Shown here: one piece after another, positions 9,491-19,814 of the stretch
Position numbering within the stretch: position 1 is the stretch's first letter
Layout: each line of letters begins with the position of its first letter
The notes under the pieces: generated by a model
Told to the model about the DNA's origin: nothing
Databases searched by the model: none
What the model saw: the letters and a program-made list of their open reading frames with translations, nothing else
Program-made: the position numbers and the translations under genes
From: Steroidobacteraceae bacterium
GTDB taxonomy: Bacteria > Pseudomonadota > Gammaproteobacteria > Steroidobacterales > Steroidobacteraceae
NCBI GenBank assembly: GCA_022865595.1
Contig: JALHTE010000370.1
Span: 2,657 to 66,656 of the forward strand
Length of the DNA stretch: 64,000 bases
Direction of reading: 5' to 3'

Positions 9491-11401
9491 TCACACCGCC
9501 AGGGGTCGGGCGCCGACGGCGGCGAGGGTTTCGTTGCGGGCTGGCCAGATGCGCTCGACCTGCCGTGCCAGGCCGGCGGCGTCGAGGCCGGCGAGTGCGA
9601 GGCAGTCCTCGCGCGATCCGTGCTCGATGAAGCGGTCGGGTATGCCGATGTGCCGCGTGGCGCGTTCGATGCCGGCCGCGGCCAGGCACTCGTCCACCGC
9701 GCTGCCAGCGCCGCCCGCGATCGCGTTTTCCTCGAGCGTAATCACGCACTGGTGCGAAGCGGCGAGTCGGCACACGAGTTCTGCGTCCAGCGGCTTCACG
9801 AAACGCATGTTGACCAGCGTCGCGTCGAGTTTCTCGGCGATCGGAACGCAGGGCGCGACCATCGTGCCGAAGGCAAGCAGCAGCAGGCCAGAGCGACCCT
9901 CGCGCCGTATCTCTGCGCGGCCCAGTGGAAGCGCGCTCATCTCGGCCGCCGGCACCACTCCCGGACCTGGCCCGCGCGGATAGCGCACGGCCGCGGGGCC
10001 GCCGAGCGTCCCGGCCGTGTAAAGCATCTGCCGGCATTCGTTCTCGTCGGCCGGCGCCATCACGGTCATGTTCGGAATGCAGCGCAGGAAGCTTAAGTCG
10101 TAGGCACCCTGGTGCGTGGCGCCGTCCCCGCCGACGAGCCCGCCGCGGTCGATCGCGAAAGTGACCGGCAGCCTCTGCAGCGCCACGTCGTGGATCAACT
10201 GGTCGTAGCCGCGCTGCAGGAAAGTCGAGTAGATAGCCACCACCGGCCTGGTGCCCTCGCAGGCCATGCCGGCGGCGAGTGTCACGGCGTGCTGCTCGGC
10301 GATTGCCACATCGTAGTAGCGGTCCGGAAACCGCTTCGAGAATTCGACCAGCCCGGATCCTTCGCGCATGGCCGGCGTGATGCCCACCACCCGCGGGTCG
10401 CGCTCGGCCATGTCGCAGAGCCACTGCCCGAACACCTGCGAATACGAGGGACCCGAGATCTTTTCCTTGAAGATCGTGCCGCTGCTCGGGTCGAAGGGGC
10501 CCGGACCGTGCCACTTGATCGGGTCAGCTTCTGCGGGCGCATACCCCTTGCCCTTCTGCGTTACCACGTGCAGGAACTGCAGTCCGCGCTGCTCGCGCAG
10601 CAGCTTCAGTTTCGAGACCAGTTCGACCACGTCGTGGCCGTCGATCGGGCCGCTGTAATTGAAGCCGAGTTCCTCGAACAACGTGCCCGGCAGCACCATG
10701 CCCTTGACGTGCTCCTCCGAGCGACGCGCGAACCGCTTCATCGCCGGCAGGTGGCTCAGGATGCGCTTGCTGCCCTCGCGGAGCGCGGTGTAGGCCGGGC
10801 TCGACAGCACGCGAGCGAAGTACAGCGCCAGCGCACCCACGTTTTCCGAGATGGACATCTTGTTGTCGTTCAGCACGACAAGCATGTCCGGGTCGAGCGG
10901 GCCGGCGTGGTTCATTGCCTCGAATGCCTGCCCGCCACTGATGGCGCCATCGCCGATCACCGCCACGACCCGCCGCGGCGGACCCGTGCGCGCGGATGCG
11001 AGCGCCATGCCGAGCGCGGCGCCGATCGAGGTGCTGGCGTGGCCCACGCCGAAGGTGTCGTACTCGCTCTCGTCGCGGCAGGGGAACGGGGCGAGCCCGC
11101 CTTTCAGCTTGATGGTCTGCAGCCGGTCACGGCGGCCGGTCAACACCTTGTGGGGATAGGCCTGGTGACCCACGTCCCACACCAGCCGGTCGTGCGGCGT
11201 GTCGTAAACGTAGTGCAGCGCCACCGTCAGTTCGACCGTGCCTAGCCCGGCCGCGAAGTGCCCGCCCATCTGGCTGACCGTGTGGACCAGGAACTCGCGC
11301 AGTTCGCTCGCAAGAGGCGCCAGCTCCGACTCGGGCAGGCGCCGCAGGTCGGCCGGCGAATGGATCACGGAAAGCCGGGGGTAGGGGTCAGTCGGAGACA
11401 T
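9491..11401 (-). CDS. dxs: 1-deoxy-D-xylulose-5-phosphate synthase
   Basis: A 636-aa protein with [32 protein letters not shown] and TPP-binding [13 protein letters not shown]. Confidence 0.97.
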   Translation of the reverse strand: MSPTDPYPRLSVIHSPADLRRLPESELAPLASELREFLVHTVSQMGGHFAAGLGTVELTVALHYVYDTPHDRLVWDVGHQAYPHKVLTGRRDRLQTIKLKGGLAPFPCRDESEYDTFGVGHASTSIGAALGMALASARTGPPRRVVAVIGDGAISGGQAFEAMNHAGPLDPDMLVVLNDNKMSISENVGALALYFARVLSSPAYTALREGSKRILSHLPAMKRFARRSEEHVKGMVLPGTLFEELGFNYSGPIDGHDVVELVSKLKLLREQRGLQFLHVVTQKGKGYAPAEADPIKWHGPGPFDPSSGTIFKEKISGPSYSQVFGQWLCDMAERDPRVVGITPAMREGSGLVEFSKRFPDRYYDVAIAEQHAVTLAAGMACEGTRPVVAIYSTFLQRGYDQLIHDVALQRLPVTFAIDRGGLVGGDGATHQGAYDLSFLRCIPNMTVMAPADENECRQMLYTAGTLGGPAAVRYPRGPGPGVVPAAEMSALPLGRAEIRREGRSGLLLLAFGTMVAPCVPIAEKLDATLVNMRFVKPLDAELVCRLAASHQCVITLEENAIAGGAGSAVDECLAAAGIERATRHIGIPDRFIEHGSREDCLALAGLDAAGLARQVERIWPARNETLAAVGARPLAV

Positions 11402-11440
11402 GGCGGCGAATTCTATCGCACTGCGGCAGGCGGGGCCCCG

Positions 11441-12340
11441 CTAGTGCCGCCTCGCGAGCAGCCAGTCGGCCAGCAGGGCGAGCGGGCTTTCGGCCCATCC
11501 CGCCGCGGCCAGGACGGCGCCTGCCGCCGAATGCAGCTCCAGGACGCGATCCCGCGCCGCGGGCAGGCCCGCGACGGCCGGATAGGTCGGCATGCAGCGC
11601 GCCAGGTCACTGCCAACCGGCTTGCCGATCAGCGCCGCGTCGCCCTCTATGTCGAGGATGTCGTCCTGCACCTGGAAGGCGAGGCCGACCAGGCGGCCGA
11701 ATTCATCCAGGCGATCAAGCTGTCCGGGCGCCAGGCCGGGTGCACCGTGCGCAGCCATCAGGATACTGGCGCGGATCAGGGCGCCGGTCTTGAGCGCGTG
11801 GACCTGCTCGATTTCGGGCAGCGTGAGCTTGCGGCCCTCGGCTGCCAGGTCCAGCGCCTGGCCGCCTGCCATGCCGGCTGTCCCGCTGGCCTCGGCGAGA
11901 ATTGCGATCATGCTCACCCGCATGCGGTCGTCACCGGGAAGGCCGCCGTGCCTGGCCAGCACCTGGAATGCCAGCACCTGCAGCGAGTCGCCGGCCAGGA
12001 TGGCGGTTGCCTCATCGAAGGCCTTGTGGCAGGTCGGCCGGCCGCGACGCAGGTCGTCGTCGTCCATCGCCGGCAGGTCGTCGTGCACCAGTGAATAGGC
12101 GTGGATCAACTCGACCGCGCACGCTGCTGCATCCACGTGTTCGAGCGGAATGTCCAGCGTCTCCGCAGTCGCGTAGACGAATGCGGGCCGGATGCGCTTG
12201 CCGGGCCCGAGTACGCTGTAGCGCTGGGCGGCGTGCAGCCGCTGCGGCATCGTCGTCTCGGGTGGGAGCCAGCGGTCGAGTTCACTCTCGACGCGACTGC
12301 GCCACTGCTCCAGGCGTGAACTCAGGGTCCGCATCCGCAA
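11441..12340 (-). CDS. ispA: (2E,6E)-farnesyl diphosphate synthase
   Basis: Polyprenyl synthase DDxxD motifs are present (LVHDDLPAMDDDDLRRG; FQVQDDILD). It sits in the xseB-ispA-dxs order. Confidence 0.9.
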   Translation of the reverse strand: MRMRTLSSRLEQWRSRVESELDRWLPPETTMPQRLHAAQRYSVLGPGKRIRPAFVYATAETLDIPLEHVDAAACAVELIHAYSLVHDDLPAMDDDDLRRGRPTCHKAFDEATAILAGDSLQVLAFQVLARHGGLPGDDRMRVSMIAILAEASGTAGMAGGQALDLAAEGRKLTLPEIEQVHALKTGALIRASILMAAHGAPGLAPGQLDRLDEFGRLVGLAFQVQDDILDIEGDAALIGKPVGSDLARCMPTYPAVAGLPAARDRVLELHSAAGAVLAAAGWAESPLALLADWLLARRH

Positions 12341-12346
12341 TGACGC

Positions 12347-12586
12347 CTACTCGTCCCCTTCGAAGGGCTCGGGCTCGGCGTCAGGCGCCTTGCGAAGCAG
12401 GATCTCGACCCGCTGCTCGGCCGCCTTCAGCGAGGTCTGGCAGCTGCGGGCGAGTTCGATGCCTCGCTCGAACTGCTTCAAGGCGTCTTCGAGCGGCAGT
12501 TCGCCATGCTCGAGCCGTTCGACGACGGCCTCGAGTTCCGAGAGCGCCTGTTCGAAATCGAGAGCCTTGTTTTTCTTGCTGGTCAC
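12347..12586 (-). CDS. xseB: Exodeoxyribonuclease VII small subunit
   Basis: A 79-aa protein: [39 protein letters not shown]. Confidence 0.9.
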   Translation of the reverse strand: MTSKKNKALDFEQALSELEAVVERLEHGELPLEDALKQFERGIELARSCQTSLKAAEQRVEILLRKAPDAEPEPFEGDE

Positions 12587-12697
12587 GGTGGGTCTCCGGG
12601 GCGGGCAAGCCTTGCACAGGGGGTAACGACGGTCAACGCAGGGTAAACGGCAATACCGGACAGTCCGAATCGTTGCTCCGGGCCGCGCGTGCTAGCG

Positions 12698-12749
12698 TTG
12701 ACTTCATGCCGTGTGCCGCCTAGATTGGGATTCGGCTAGACAAAGTCTA
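12698..12749 (+). promoter_or_regulatory. Candidate sigma70 promoter (TTGACT-17-TAGATT) plus downstream 13-nt palindrome TAGACAAAGTCTA
   Basis: The -35 lies at 12698-12703, the spacer is 17 nt and the -10 lies at 12721-12726. The palindrome lies at 12737-12749, ahead of the rubrerythrin RBS GGAGG. Confidence 0.4.
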
Positions 12750-12794
12750 AATTATGCTCGTCGCCCAGGCGAGCCATACCGGTGGAGGCAGAAA

Positions 12795-13211
12795 ATGAGC
12801 AAATTGAAGGGCACCAAGACGGAAAAGAACCTGAAAGACGCATTCGCAGGCGAGTCGCAGGCGAATCGTCGCTACCTGTATTTCGCCCAGAAGGCGGACA
12901 TCGAGGGCTGCAACGACGTCGCGGCCGTATTCCGTTCCACGGCGGAAGGCGAGACCGGTCACGCGCACGGCCATCTCGAGTATCTCGAGGAGGTCGGTGA
13001 TCCGGCCACCGGGCTGCCCATCGGCAGCACGTCGGACAACCTGAAGGCGTCCGTCGCGGGCGAGACCCACGAGTACACCGACATGTATCCGGGCATGGCT
13101 AAGGCCGCAAGGGACGAAGGCTTTGACGAGATCGCGGACTGGTTTGAGACGCTGGCCAAGGCCGAGCGTTCGCACGCGAATCGTTTCCAGAAGGCACTCG
13201 ACGCCCTCTGA
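12795..13211 (+). CDS. Rubrerythrin-family diiron protein lacking the C-terminal rubredoxin domain
   Basis: A 138-aa protein: [30 protein letters not shown]... It has two ExxH motifs (ETGH, ERSH) and no CxxC pairs. A GGAGG RBS lies upstream of the ATG at 12795. Confidence 0.88.
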   Translation: MSKLKGTKTEKNLKDAFAGESQANRRYLYFAQKADIEGCNDVAAVFRSTAEGETGHAHGHLEYLEEVGDPATGLPIGSTSDNLKASVAGETHEYTDMYPGMAKAARDEGFDEIADWFETLAKAERSHANRFQKALDAL

Positions 13212-13239
13212 CCGGCCGGCCCCGGCGACAGTCGCACGA

Positions 13240-13268
13240 GGGCGGGCCCGCGCGGGTCCGCCCTTTTT
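13240..13268 (+). terminator. Candidate intrinsic terminator/attenuator after the rubrerythrin gene
   Basis: GGGCGGGCCCGCGCGGGTCCGCCC hairpin followed by TTTTT. Confidence 0.5.
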
Positions 13269-13303
13269 CGTCAGGGAGGCGAACACAGGCAGGAGATTTC
13301 CAG

Positions 13304-14656
13304 ATGGTGAACGACACCAGTACACCCGCTGCAGGAGAGGGCAGCCTCGCAGCTCCCACACGGCACCCTATCAACTGGCGCGATCCGGACTTCTTCAACG
13401 AGGAGTCGCTGTTCAAGGAACTGCATCGCGTCTACGACCACTGCCACGGTTGCCGGCGCTGCTTCAACCTGTGCAATGCGTTCCCGCTGCTGTTCGACGC
13501 GATCGACGAGAGTCCCACCTGCGAGCTCGATGGCGTGGAGCGCAAGGTCTACTGGGAGGTCGTGGACAACTGCTATCTCTGCGACATGTGCTACATGACG
13601 AAGTGTCCGTACGTGCCGCCGCATCCGTGGAACATCGACTTCCCGCACCTGATGCTCAGGGCCAAGGCGGTGAAGTTCAGGCAGGGCGACACGCCGCTGC
13701 GCGACCGCATTCTCACCGCGACAGACAGGGTGGGCGCCATCGCTGGCGTCCCGGTCGTCGCGCAGGTCGTCAACCTGGTGAACCAGAGCGCGGTCGGTCG
13801 GAAGATGCTGGACAAGACGCTCGGCGTGCATCCCGAGGCGCCGATTCCCGACTACCACAGCACCTCGGGCCGCAAGCGCGTCGCGCGCGGCGACGCCTCC
13901 GGGCTGGAGGTGAAGGCCACGCTGGAGACGACGGGCCGGGTTGCGCTTTTCGCGACCTGCTACTGCAATCGAAACGAGCCCGACATCGACGCGGACCTCG
14001 CCGCGGTGTTCCGCCACAACGGCATCCCGGTGAGCGTGATCCCGAAGGAACGCTGCTGCGGCATGCCCAAGCTGGAGCTCGGCGACCTCGATGCGATCGA
14101 GGAAGCGAAGAACGTGAACATCCCGGCGATGGCCGCGATGGTGGACAAGGGCCATGACATCGTGGCGCCGATCCCGTCCTGTGTGCTGATGTTCAAGCAG
14201 GAGCTGCCGCTGATGTTCCCGGACGACCCGCTGGTGCAGAAGGTCAAGGCGGCGATGTTCGACCCGTTCGAGTACCTGATGCTGCGGCACAAGGCGGGCC
14301 TGCTGCGCACCGACTTCGTGCGCCAGCTCGGCAAGGTGAGCTACCACGTGCCCTGTCACCTGAGGGTGCAGAACCTGGGCCTCAAGACCCGCGACGTGCT
14401 CGCGCTGGTGCCTGGCACCGAGATCGAGGCGATCGAGCGCTGCTCCGGACACAACGGAACCTACGGCGTGAAGCGCCAGTACCGCGACATCTCGATGAAG
14501 ATCGGCAAGCCGGTGTTCAACAAGGTCAAGGCGGCCGAACCCGACCATTACGCGAGTGACTGCCCGATGGCGGGTCACCAGATCGAGTCGGCGCTCGAGG
14601 GCGGCCAGGGACCAACCCATCCACTGACACTGCTGCGAAAGGCGTACGGACTATGA
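13304..14656 (+). CDS. HdrD/GlpC-like Fe-S oxidoreductase (two 4Fe-4S ferredoxin motifs plus two CCG domains)
   Basis: CHGCRRCFNLCNAFP and CYLCDMCYMTKCPYVPP are present, then the cysteine-rich CCG-type blocks FATCYCN...CCGMP and YHVPCH...CSGHNG. Confidence 0.85.
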   Translation: MVNDTSTPAAGEGSLAAPTRHPINWRDPDFFNEESLFKELHRVYDHCHGCRRCFNLCNAFPLLFDAIDESPTCELDGVERKVYWEVVDNCYLCDMCYMTKCPYVPPHPWNIDFPHLMLRAKAVKFRQGDTPLRDRILTATDRVGAIAGVPVVAQVVNLVNQSAVGRKMLDKTLGVHPEAPIPDYHSTSGRKRVARGDASGLEVKATLETTGRVALFATCYCNRNEPDIDADLAAVFRHNGIPVSVIPKERCCGMPKLELGDLDAIEEAKNVNIPAMAAMVDKGHDIVAPIPSCVLMFKQELPLMFPDDPLVQKVKAAMFDPFEYLMLRHKAGLLRTDFVRQLGKVSYHVPCHLRVQNLGLKTRDVLALVPGTEIEAIERCSGHNGTYGVKRQYRDISMKIGKPVFNKVKAAEPDHYASDCPMAGHQIESALEGGQGPTHPLTLLRKAYGL

Positions 14657-15243
14657 GCAAGGGCAAGTTGCGGGCCGAGGATCTCTTCAGTCTCGAGCAG
14701 TACGCGCGGCAGCGGGCCGAATTCCGGCCGAAGGTGCTGGCCCACAAGCGCGAGCGCACGATCCAGTGCGGGCCGAACGCGACCTTCTGCTTCGAGGACC
14801 GGCTCACGGTCCAGTACCAGGTCCAGGAGATGCTCCGGATCGAGAAGATCTTCGAGCCCGCGGGCATCGCCGACGAACTCGCCACGTACAACCCGCTGAT
14901 TCCGGATGGCACGAACTTCAAGGCGACGCTGCTGATCGAGTACCCGGATGCGGACGAACGACGCATCGCGCTTGGCGGGCTCAAGGGGATCGAGGATCGC
15001 TGCTGGGTCCGGGTGGCCGGACACGACCGTGTATTCGCGATCGCCGACGAGGACCTCGAGCGCGAGAACGACGAGAAGACCTCGGCGGTGCATTTCATGC
15101 GCTTCGAGCTGACGCCCGCAGTGGTCGAGGCGGCGAAGGCCGGCGCGGCGCTGTCGATCGGCATGGACCACGATGCCTATCGGCATTCGGTCGATCCGTT
15201 GCCGGAGGCGTCGCGCGCGTCGCTGGTGAAAGACCTGGCGTGA
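14653..15243 (+). CDS. DUF3501-family protein
   Basis: A 196-aa protein whose start overlaps the upstream stop (ATGA). I recognise the sequence (..EQYARQRAEFRPKVLAHKRERTIQCGPNATFCFEDRLTVQYQVQEML..) as the DUF3501 family, which usually follows this Fe-S protein. Confidence 0.75.
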   Translation: MSKGKLRAEDLFSLEQYARQRAEFRPKVLAHKRERTIQCGPNATFCFEDRLTVQYQVQEMLRIEKIFEPAGIADELATYNPLIPDGTNFKATLLIEYPDADERRIALGGLKGIEDRCWVRVAGHDRVFAIADEDLERENDEKTSAVHFMRFELTPAVVEAAKAGAALSIGMDHDAYRHSVDPLPEASRASLVKDLA

Positions 15244-15273
15244 GTCTCGCTGCCGTCGATCGGTCAGCCGGTA

Positions 15274-15354
15274 CGTGATCCGGCGGGACGCCGTAAATCC
15301 ATCCCTGGAGGCTCGCGCGCGGCGTCCCTGCCGCGCGACGCCCGCCGGATCACG
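15274..15354 (+). repeat. Family-1 structured repeat, copy 2
   Basis: The core GGGACGCCGTAAATCCATCCCTGGAGGCTCGCGCGCGGCGTCCCTGCCGCGCGACGCCC is flanked by the perfect 14-nt inverted repeat CGTGATCCGGCGGG / CCCGCCGGATCACG. Confidence 0.8.
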
Positions 15355-15440
15355 CACCGTCCTTCCGCTCGCCGGCTTTGCGCGCGGTACCCCTAAACGC
15401 TTGCGGTTGCCACTGGGGCGCCGCCATGATGAGTCTCTGC

Positions 15441-15510
15441 CGGCGAAACCGTGCGCCGCAGGGACGCGGCGCACGGAGCCCCCAGGGACCGGTTCACGGC
15501 GTTTTCGCGG
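15441..15510 (-). repeat. Family-1 repeat, degenerate copy in opposite orientation
   Basis: The reverse complement reads ..AACGCCGTGAACCGGTCCCTGGGGGCTCCGTGCGCCGCGTCCCTGCGGCGCACGG.., which is colinear with the core but diverged. Confidence 0.6.
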
Positions 15511-15633
15511 GCAGACTCGTCGTGGCGACGCCAGCGCGTGACTCACAGCCCGGCGGCGCGACGATGCGGCAGCGATCATGCGCTGCTAGAATCCGCGCGC
15601 CTTCACCGACGCGAGCACGCGGAACGACCAACG

Positions 15634-17526
15634 ATGACGCAGACCTACACCGCTCAAGACATCGAGGTCCTGAGCGGACTCGAACCCGTCCGGCGCCGGC
15701 CGGGCATGTACACCGACACCAGCCGGCCCAACCACCTGGTCCACGAGGTCGTGGACAACAGCGTCGATGAGGCGCTCTCCGGGCACTGCAGTCGCATATC
15801 CGTCATGGTCCACAAGGACGGTTCGGTCGAGGTCAGCGACGACGGCCGCGGCATGCCTGTGGACATCCACCCGAAGGAAAAGGTGAGCGGAGTCGAGCTG
15901 ATCCTCACGCGCCTCCACGCGGGCGGCAAGTTCTCGGACGGCACCTACAAGTTCTCGGGCGGCCTGCATGGCGTCGGCGTGTCGGTGGTCAACGCGCTGT
16001 CGAAGAACCTCGAGTGCTGGGTGCGGCGCGGCGGCAAGGAATACAACATCTCGTTCGCGAACGGGAAGATCAAGTCGAAGCTCGAGGTGGTGGGCGAGGT
16101 CGGCAAGGCCAATACCGGCACCACGCTGCGTTTCTGGCCTGACGCGTCGTATTTCGACAGCCCGGACATCGCGCTGCCCAAGCTGAAGCACGTCCTCAAG
16201 GCAAAAGCCGTGCTTTGCCCGGGACTCGAGATGCGTCTCGAAGTCGAGAAAACCGGCGAGAAGGAGGCCTGGGTCTACACCGGCGGTCTTGAGCAATACC
16301 TGCGCGAATCGCTCGATGGTGGTGAGTGGCTGCCCGACGAGCCGTTTACCGGCAGCGTAGAGGGCGACATGGAAGGCGTGGACTGGGCAGTGGCCTGGCG
16401 CACCGACCGCGGCGCGCGCGTCGAGGAAAGCTACGTCAACCTGATCCCGACGATGCTCGGCGGAACCCACGTCAATGGCTTCCGCCTCGGACTCACCGAG
16501 GCGATCCGCGAATTCTGCGAGTTCCGCAACCTGCTGCCGCGCGGCCTGAAGCTGGCGCCGGAGGACGTGTGGGACGACGCGAGCTATGTGCTCTCGACCA
16601 AGATGCGCGACCCGCAGTTCGCAGGCCAGACCAAGGAACGCCTGACCTCTCGCGAGCCTGCGGCCTTCGTGTCCGGCATCGTCAAGGACCAGTTCGGCCT
16701 GTGGCTGAGCCAGCACCCCGAAGCGGGCGAGGGCATTGCGCAGCTGGCGATCGAAAATGCACAGGTGCGGCTGAAAGCCAGCCAGAAGGTCGCGCGCAAG
16801 CGCGTGGTCAGCGGCCCGGCGCTGCCCGGCAAGCTCGCCGACTGCAGCAGCCAGGACCCTAAGCGGACCGAGCTGTTCCTGGTCGAGGGTGATTCCGCGG
16901 GCGGCTCGGCCAAGCAGGCACGCGACCGCGAGTTCCAGGCGGTGATGCCGCTGCGCGGCAAGATCCTGAACACCTGGGAAGTGGCTTCCGGCGAGATACT
17001 CGCTTCGCAGGAAGTGCACGACATCGCAGTCGCAATCGGCGTCGACCCGGCGTCCGACAACGTCTCTGCGCTGCGCTACCACAAGGTGTGCATTCTCGCC
17101 GACGCCGATTCGGACGGCCTGCACATCGCGACACTGCTGTGCGCGCTGTTCCTGAGGCACTTCCGCCCGCTGGTGCTCGCGGGCCACGTGTTCGTGGCGA
17201 TGCCGCCGCTGTTCCGCATCGACTACGGCAAACAGGTCGAATATGCGCTCGACGAAGCGGAGCGCAACGGCGTACTCGATCGCATCCGGGCGGAGAACCC
17301 GCGCGCGAAGCCGGTCGTGACCCGCTTCAAGGGACTGGGCGAGATGAGCGCGCTGCAGTTGCGCGAGACCACGATGGCGCCCGAGACCCGCCGTCTCGTG
17401 CAGCTCACGGTCGAGGCGAAGGACCAGGCCGACCAGGTGATGGACATGATGCTGGCGAAGAAGCGCGCGGCCGACCGCCGCGAATGGCTGGAGACCAAGG
17501 GCAACCTGGCTGCCCCGCAGCCCTGA
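15634..17526 (+). CDS. parE: DNA topoisomerase IV subunit B
   Basis: [28 protein letters not shown].., a GHKL ATPase domain and the Toprim motif [17 protein letters not shown] are present. It is followed directly by parC. Confidence 0.95.
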   Translation: MTQTYTAQDIEVLSGLEPVRRRPGMYTDTSRPNHLVHEVVDNSVDEALSGHCSRISVMVHKDGSVEVSDDGRGMPVDIHPKEKVSGVELILTRLHAGGKFSDGTYKFSGGLHGVGVSVVNALSKNLECWVRRGGKEYNISFANGKIKSKLEVVGEVGKANTGTTLRFWPDASYFDSPDIALPKLKHVLKAKAVLCPGLEMRLEVEKTGEKEAWVYTGGLEQYLRESLDGGEWLPDEPFTGSVEGDMEGVDWAVAWRTDRGARVEESYVNLIPTMLGGTHVNGFRLGLTEAIREFCEFRNLLPRGLKLAPEDVWDDASYVLSTKMRDPQFAGQTKERLTSREPAAFVSGIVKDQFGLWLSQHPEAGEGIAQLAIENAQVRLKASQKVARKRVVSGPALPGKLADCSSQDPKRTELFLVEGDSAGGSAKQARDREFQAVMPLRGKILNTWEVASGEILASQEVHDIAVAIGVDPASDNVSALRYHKVCILADADSDGLHIATLLCALFLRHFRPLVLAGHVFVAMPPLFRIDYGKQVEYALDEAERNGVLDRIRAENPRAKPVVTRFKGLGEMSALQLRETTMAPETRRLVQLTVEAKDQADQVMDMMLAKKRAADRREWLETKGNLAAPQP

Positions 17527-17542
17527 GCCCGCTGGAGTACCC

Positions 17543-19798
17543 GTGACGACCCAGAACGAACTGAATTTCGAGGGTGTCGAGCAGCTGCCGCTGCGCACCT
17601 TCACGGAGAAGGCGTACCTCGAATACTCGATGTACGTGATCCTCGACCGCGCATTGCCGAACGTCGGCGACGGCCTGAAGCCGGTGCAGCGCAGGATCAT
17701 CTACGCGATGAGCGAGCTTGGGCTCGCGGCGACCGCCAAGCACAAGAAGTCCGCGCGCACGGTCGGCGACGTGATCGGCAAGTTCCACCCGCACGGAGAT
17801 TCGGCCTGCTACGAGGCGCTGGTGCTGATGGCGCAGTCGTTCTCGTACCGCTACCCGATCGTCGACGGGCAGGGCAACTTCGGCTCCCCGGACGATCCCA
17901 AGTCCTTTGCCGCGATGCGTTATACCGAGTCGAAGCTGACGCGCTACGCGGACCTGCTGCTCTCCGAACTCGGCGAAGGTACGGTCGACTGGACGCCGAA
18001 CTTCGACGGCACGCTCGACGAGCCGGCGCTCCTGCCCGCGCGCCTGCCGAACGTGCTGCTGAACGGCGCGACCGGCATCGCGGTCGGCATGGCGACCGAC
18101 ATCCCGCCGCACAACCTGCGCGAGGTGGCAGCGGCCTGTGTGCGCCTGCTCTAGGATCCGAAGACGACCGTGGCCCAGCAGTGCGAGCACGTGCAGGGCC
18201 CGGACTTCCCGACCGGCGCCGAGATCATCTCCTCGCGCGAGGACCTGGCGCGCTTTTACGACACCGGCAACGGCACGTTCCGCGCGCGGGCGCGATACGA
18301 GACCGAGGATGGCGAGATAGTGGTTACGGAACTGCCCTACCAGGTCTCGGGTTCGAAGGTGCTCGAGCAGATCGCGGCGCAGATGCGTGCCAAGAAGCTG
18401 CCGATGGTCGAGGACCTGCGCGACGAATCCGACCACGAGCACCCGACGCGGCTGGTGATCACGCCACGCTCGAACCGCGTCGACGTCGAGCAGGTGATGG
18501 CGCACCTGTTTGCGACCACCGACCTCGAGCGCAGCTACCGCGTGAACATGAACGTGATCGCGCGCGACGGCCGGCCGCGGGTCATGGGCCTGAAGGCGCT
18601 GCTGGAAGAATGGCTGTCGTTCCGTTTCGACACGGTGACGCGCCGGCTCACGCACCGGCTCGACAAGGTCAATGCGCGCCTGCACATCCTCGACGGGTTG
18701 CTCATCGCGTACCTGAACCTCGACGAGGTGATCCGCATCGTCCGCTACGAGGACGAGCCCAAGGCGGCGTTGATCGCGCGCTTCGAGCTTTCCGAGGCGC
18801 AGGCCGAGGCGATCCTGGACACGAAGCTGCGGCACCTCGCGAAGCTCGAGGAGATGAAGATCCGCGGCGAGCAGGAGAAGCTCGCCGCCGAGCGCGACGA
18901 GCTCACGAAGATCCTTGGCAGCAAGGCGCGACTGAAAAAGCTGGTGCGTGACGAGATCATCGCCGACGCGGAGAAGTACGGCGACGACCGGCGCAGCCGG
19001 ATCGTCCAGCGAGCTGCCGCGCAGGCGATCGCCGAGACCGAGCTGGTAGCGAGCGAGCCGGTCACGGTCGTGCTGTCGCGCAGCGGCTGGGTGCGCGCGG
19101 CGAAGGGCCACGAGATGGATCCGCGTACGCTGTCCTACAAGACAGGCGACGAATACCGGTGCATGGCACGTGGCCGCAGCACGCAGTTCGCGGTGTTCCT
19201 CGACAGTACGGGTCGTGCATACAGCCTGCCCGCGCATACCCTGCCGTCGGCACGTGGCCAGGGCGAGCCGTTGTCCGGGCGTCTCGACCCGCCGGATGGG
19301 GCCACGTTCCCGGGCGTGCTGATTGGAGAGCCCGCCGAGCGATGGGTGCTCGCCGGGAGCGCAGGCTATGGCTTCGTCGTGAAGCTCGAGGACCTGCACA
19401 GTCGAAATCGTGCGGGCAAGGCGGTGCTGAAGGTGCCCGATGGGACGGGGGTGCTCGCGCCGGTACCATTGCCGGCGGGCGAAGGCGCGCTGCTCGCCGC
19501 CGTCAACTCCGACGGGCGACTGCTGGCGTTCCCTGTCGCGGACCTGCCGGAGCTGCCGCGCGGCAAGGGCAACAAGATCTTCGGCATCCCGACCAAAAAG
19601 GCCCTGTCGGGTGAGGAAACGCTGCTCGCAGTGGCAGTCGTAGCGCCTGGGCAGGTGCTGCGCGTACTCTCGAGCGGGCGGCAGATGAGTCTTTCGTTCC
19701 GCCAGCTCGAGGACTATCGAGGTGAGCGCGGACAGCGCGGCGCTGTGCTGCCGCGGGGCTGGAGGAAGGTCGAGGGGATCGAAGTCGAAAGCGGCTAG
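17543..19798 (+). CDS. parC: DNA topoisomerase IV subunit A, one reading frame interrupted by an in-frame TAG at 18152-18154
   Basis: ORFs 17543..18154 and 18170..19798 are in the same frame. Read through, the sequence is [39 protein letters not shown]. This is colinear with E. coli ParC [40 protein letters not shown]. The total is about 751 codons. Confidence 0.9.
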
Positions 19799-19814
19799 CG
19801 CAGGACCCCTGCCG

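Noticed and set aside
8679-10514. A 611-aa ORF that appears to fuse folE2 with upstream sequence.
   Set aside because: Only the last 269 codons (from MDDVQGR) match FolE2. The N-terminal extension overlaps dxs in another frame and is Arg/Pro-rich nonsense.
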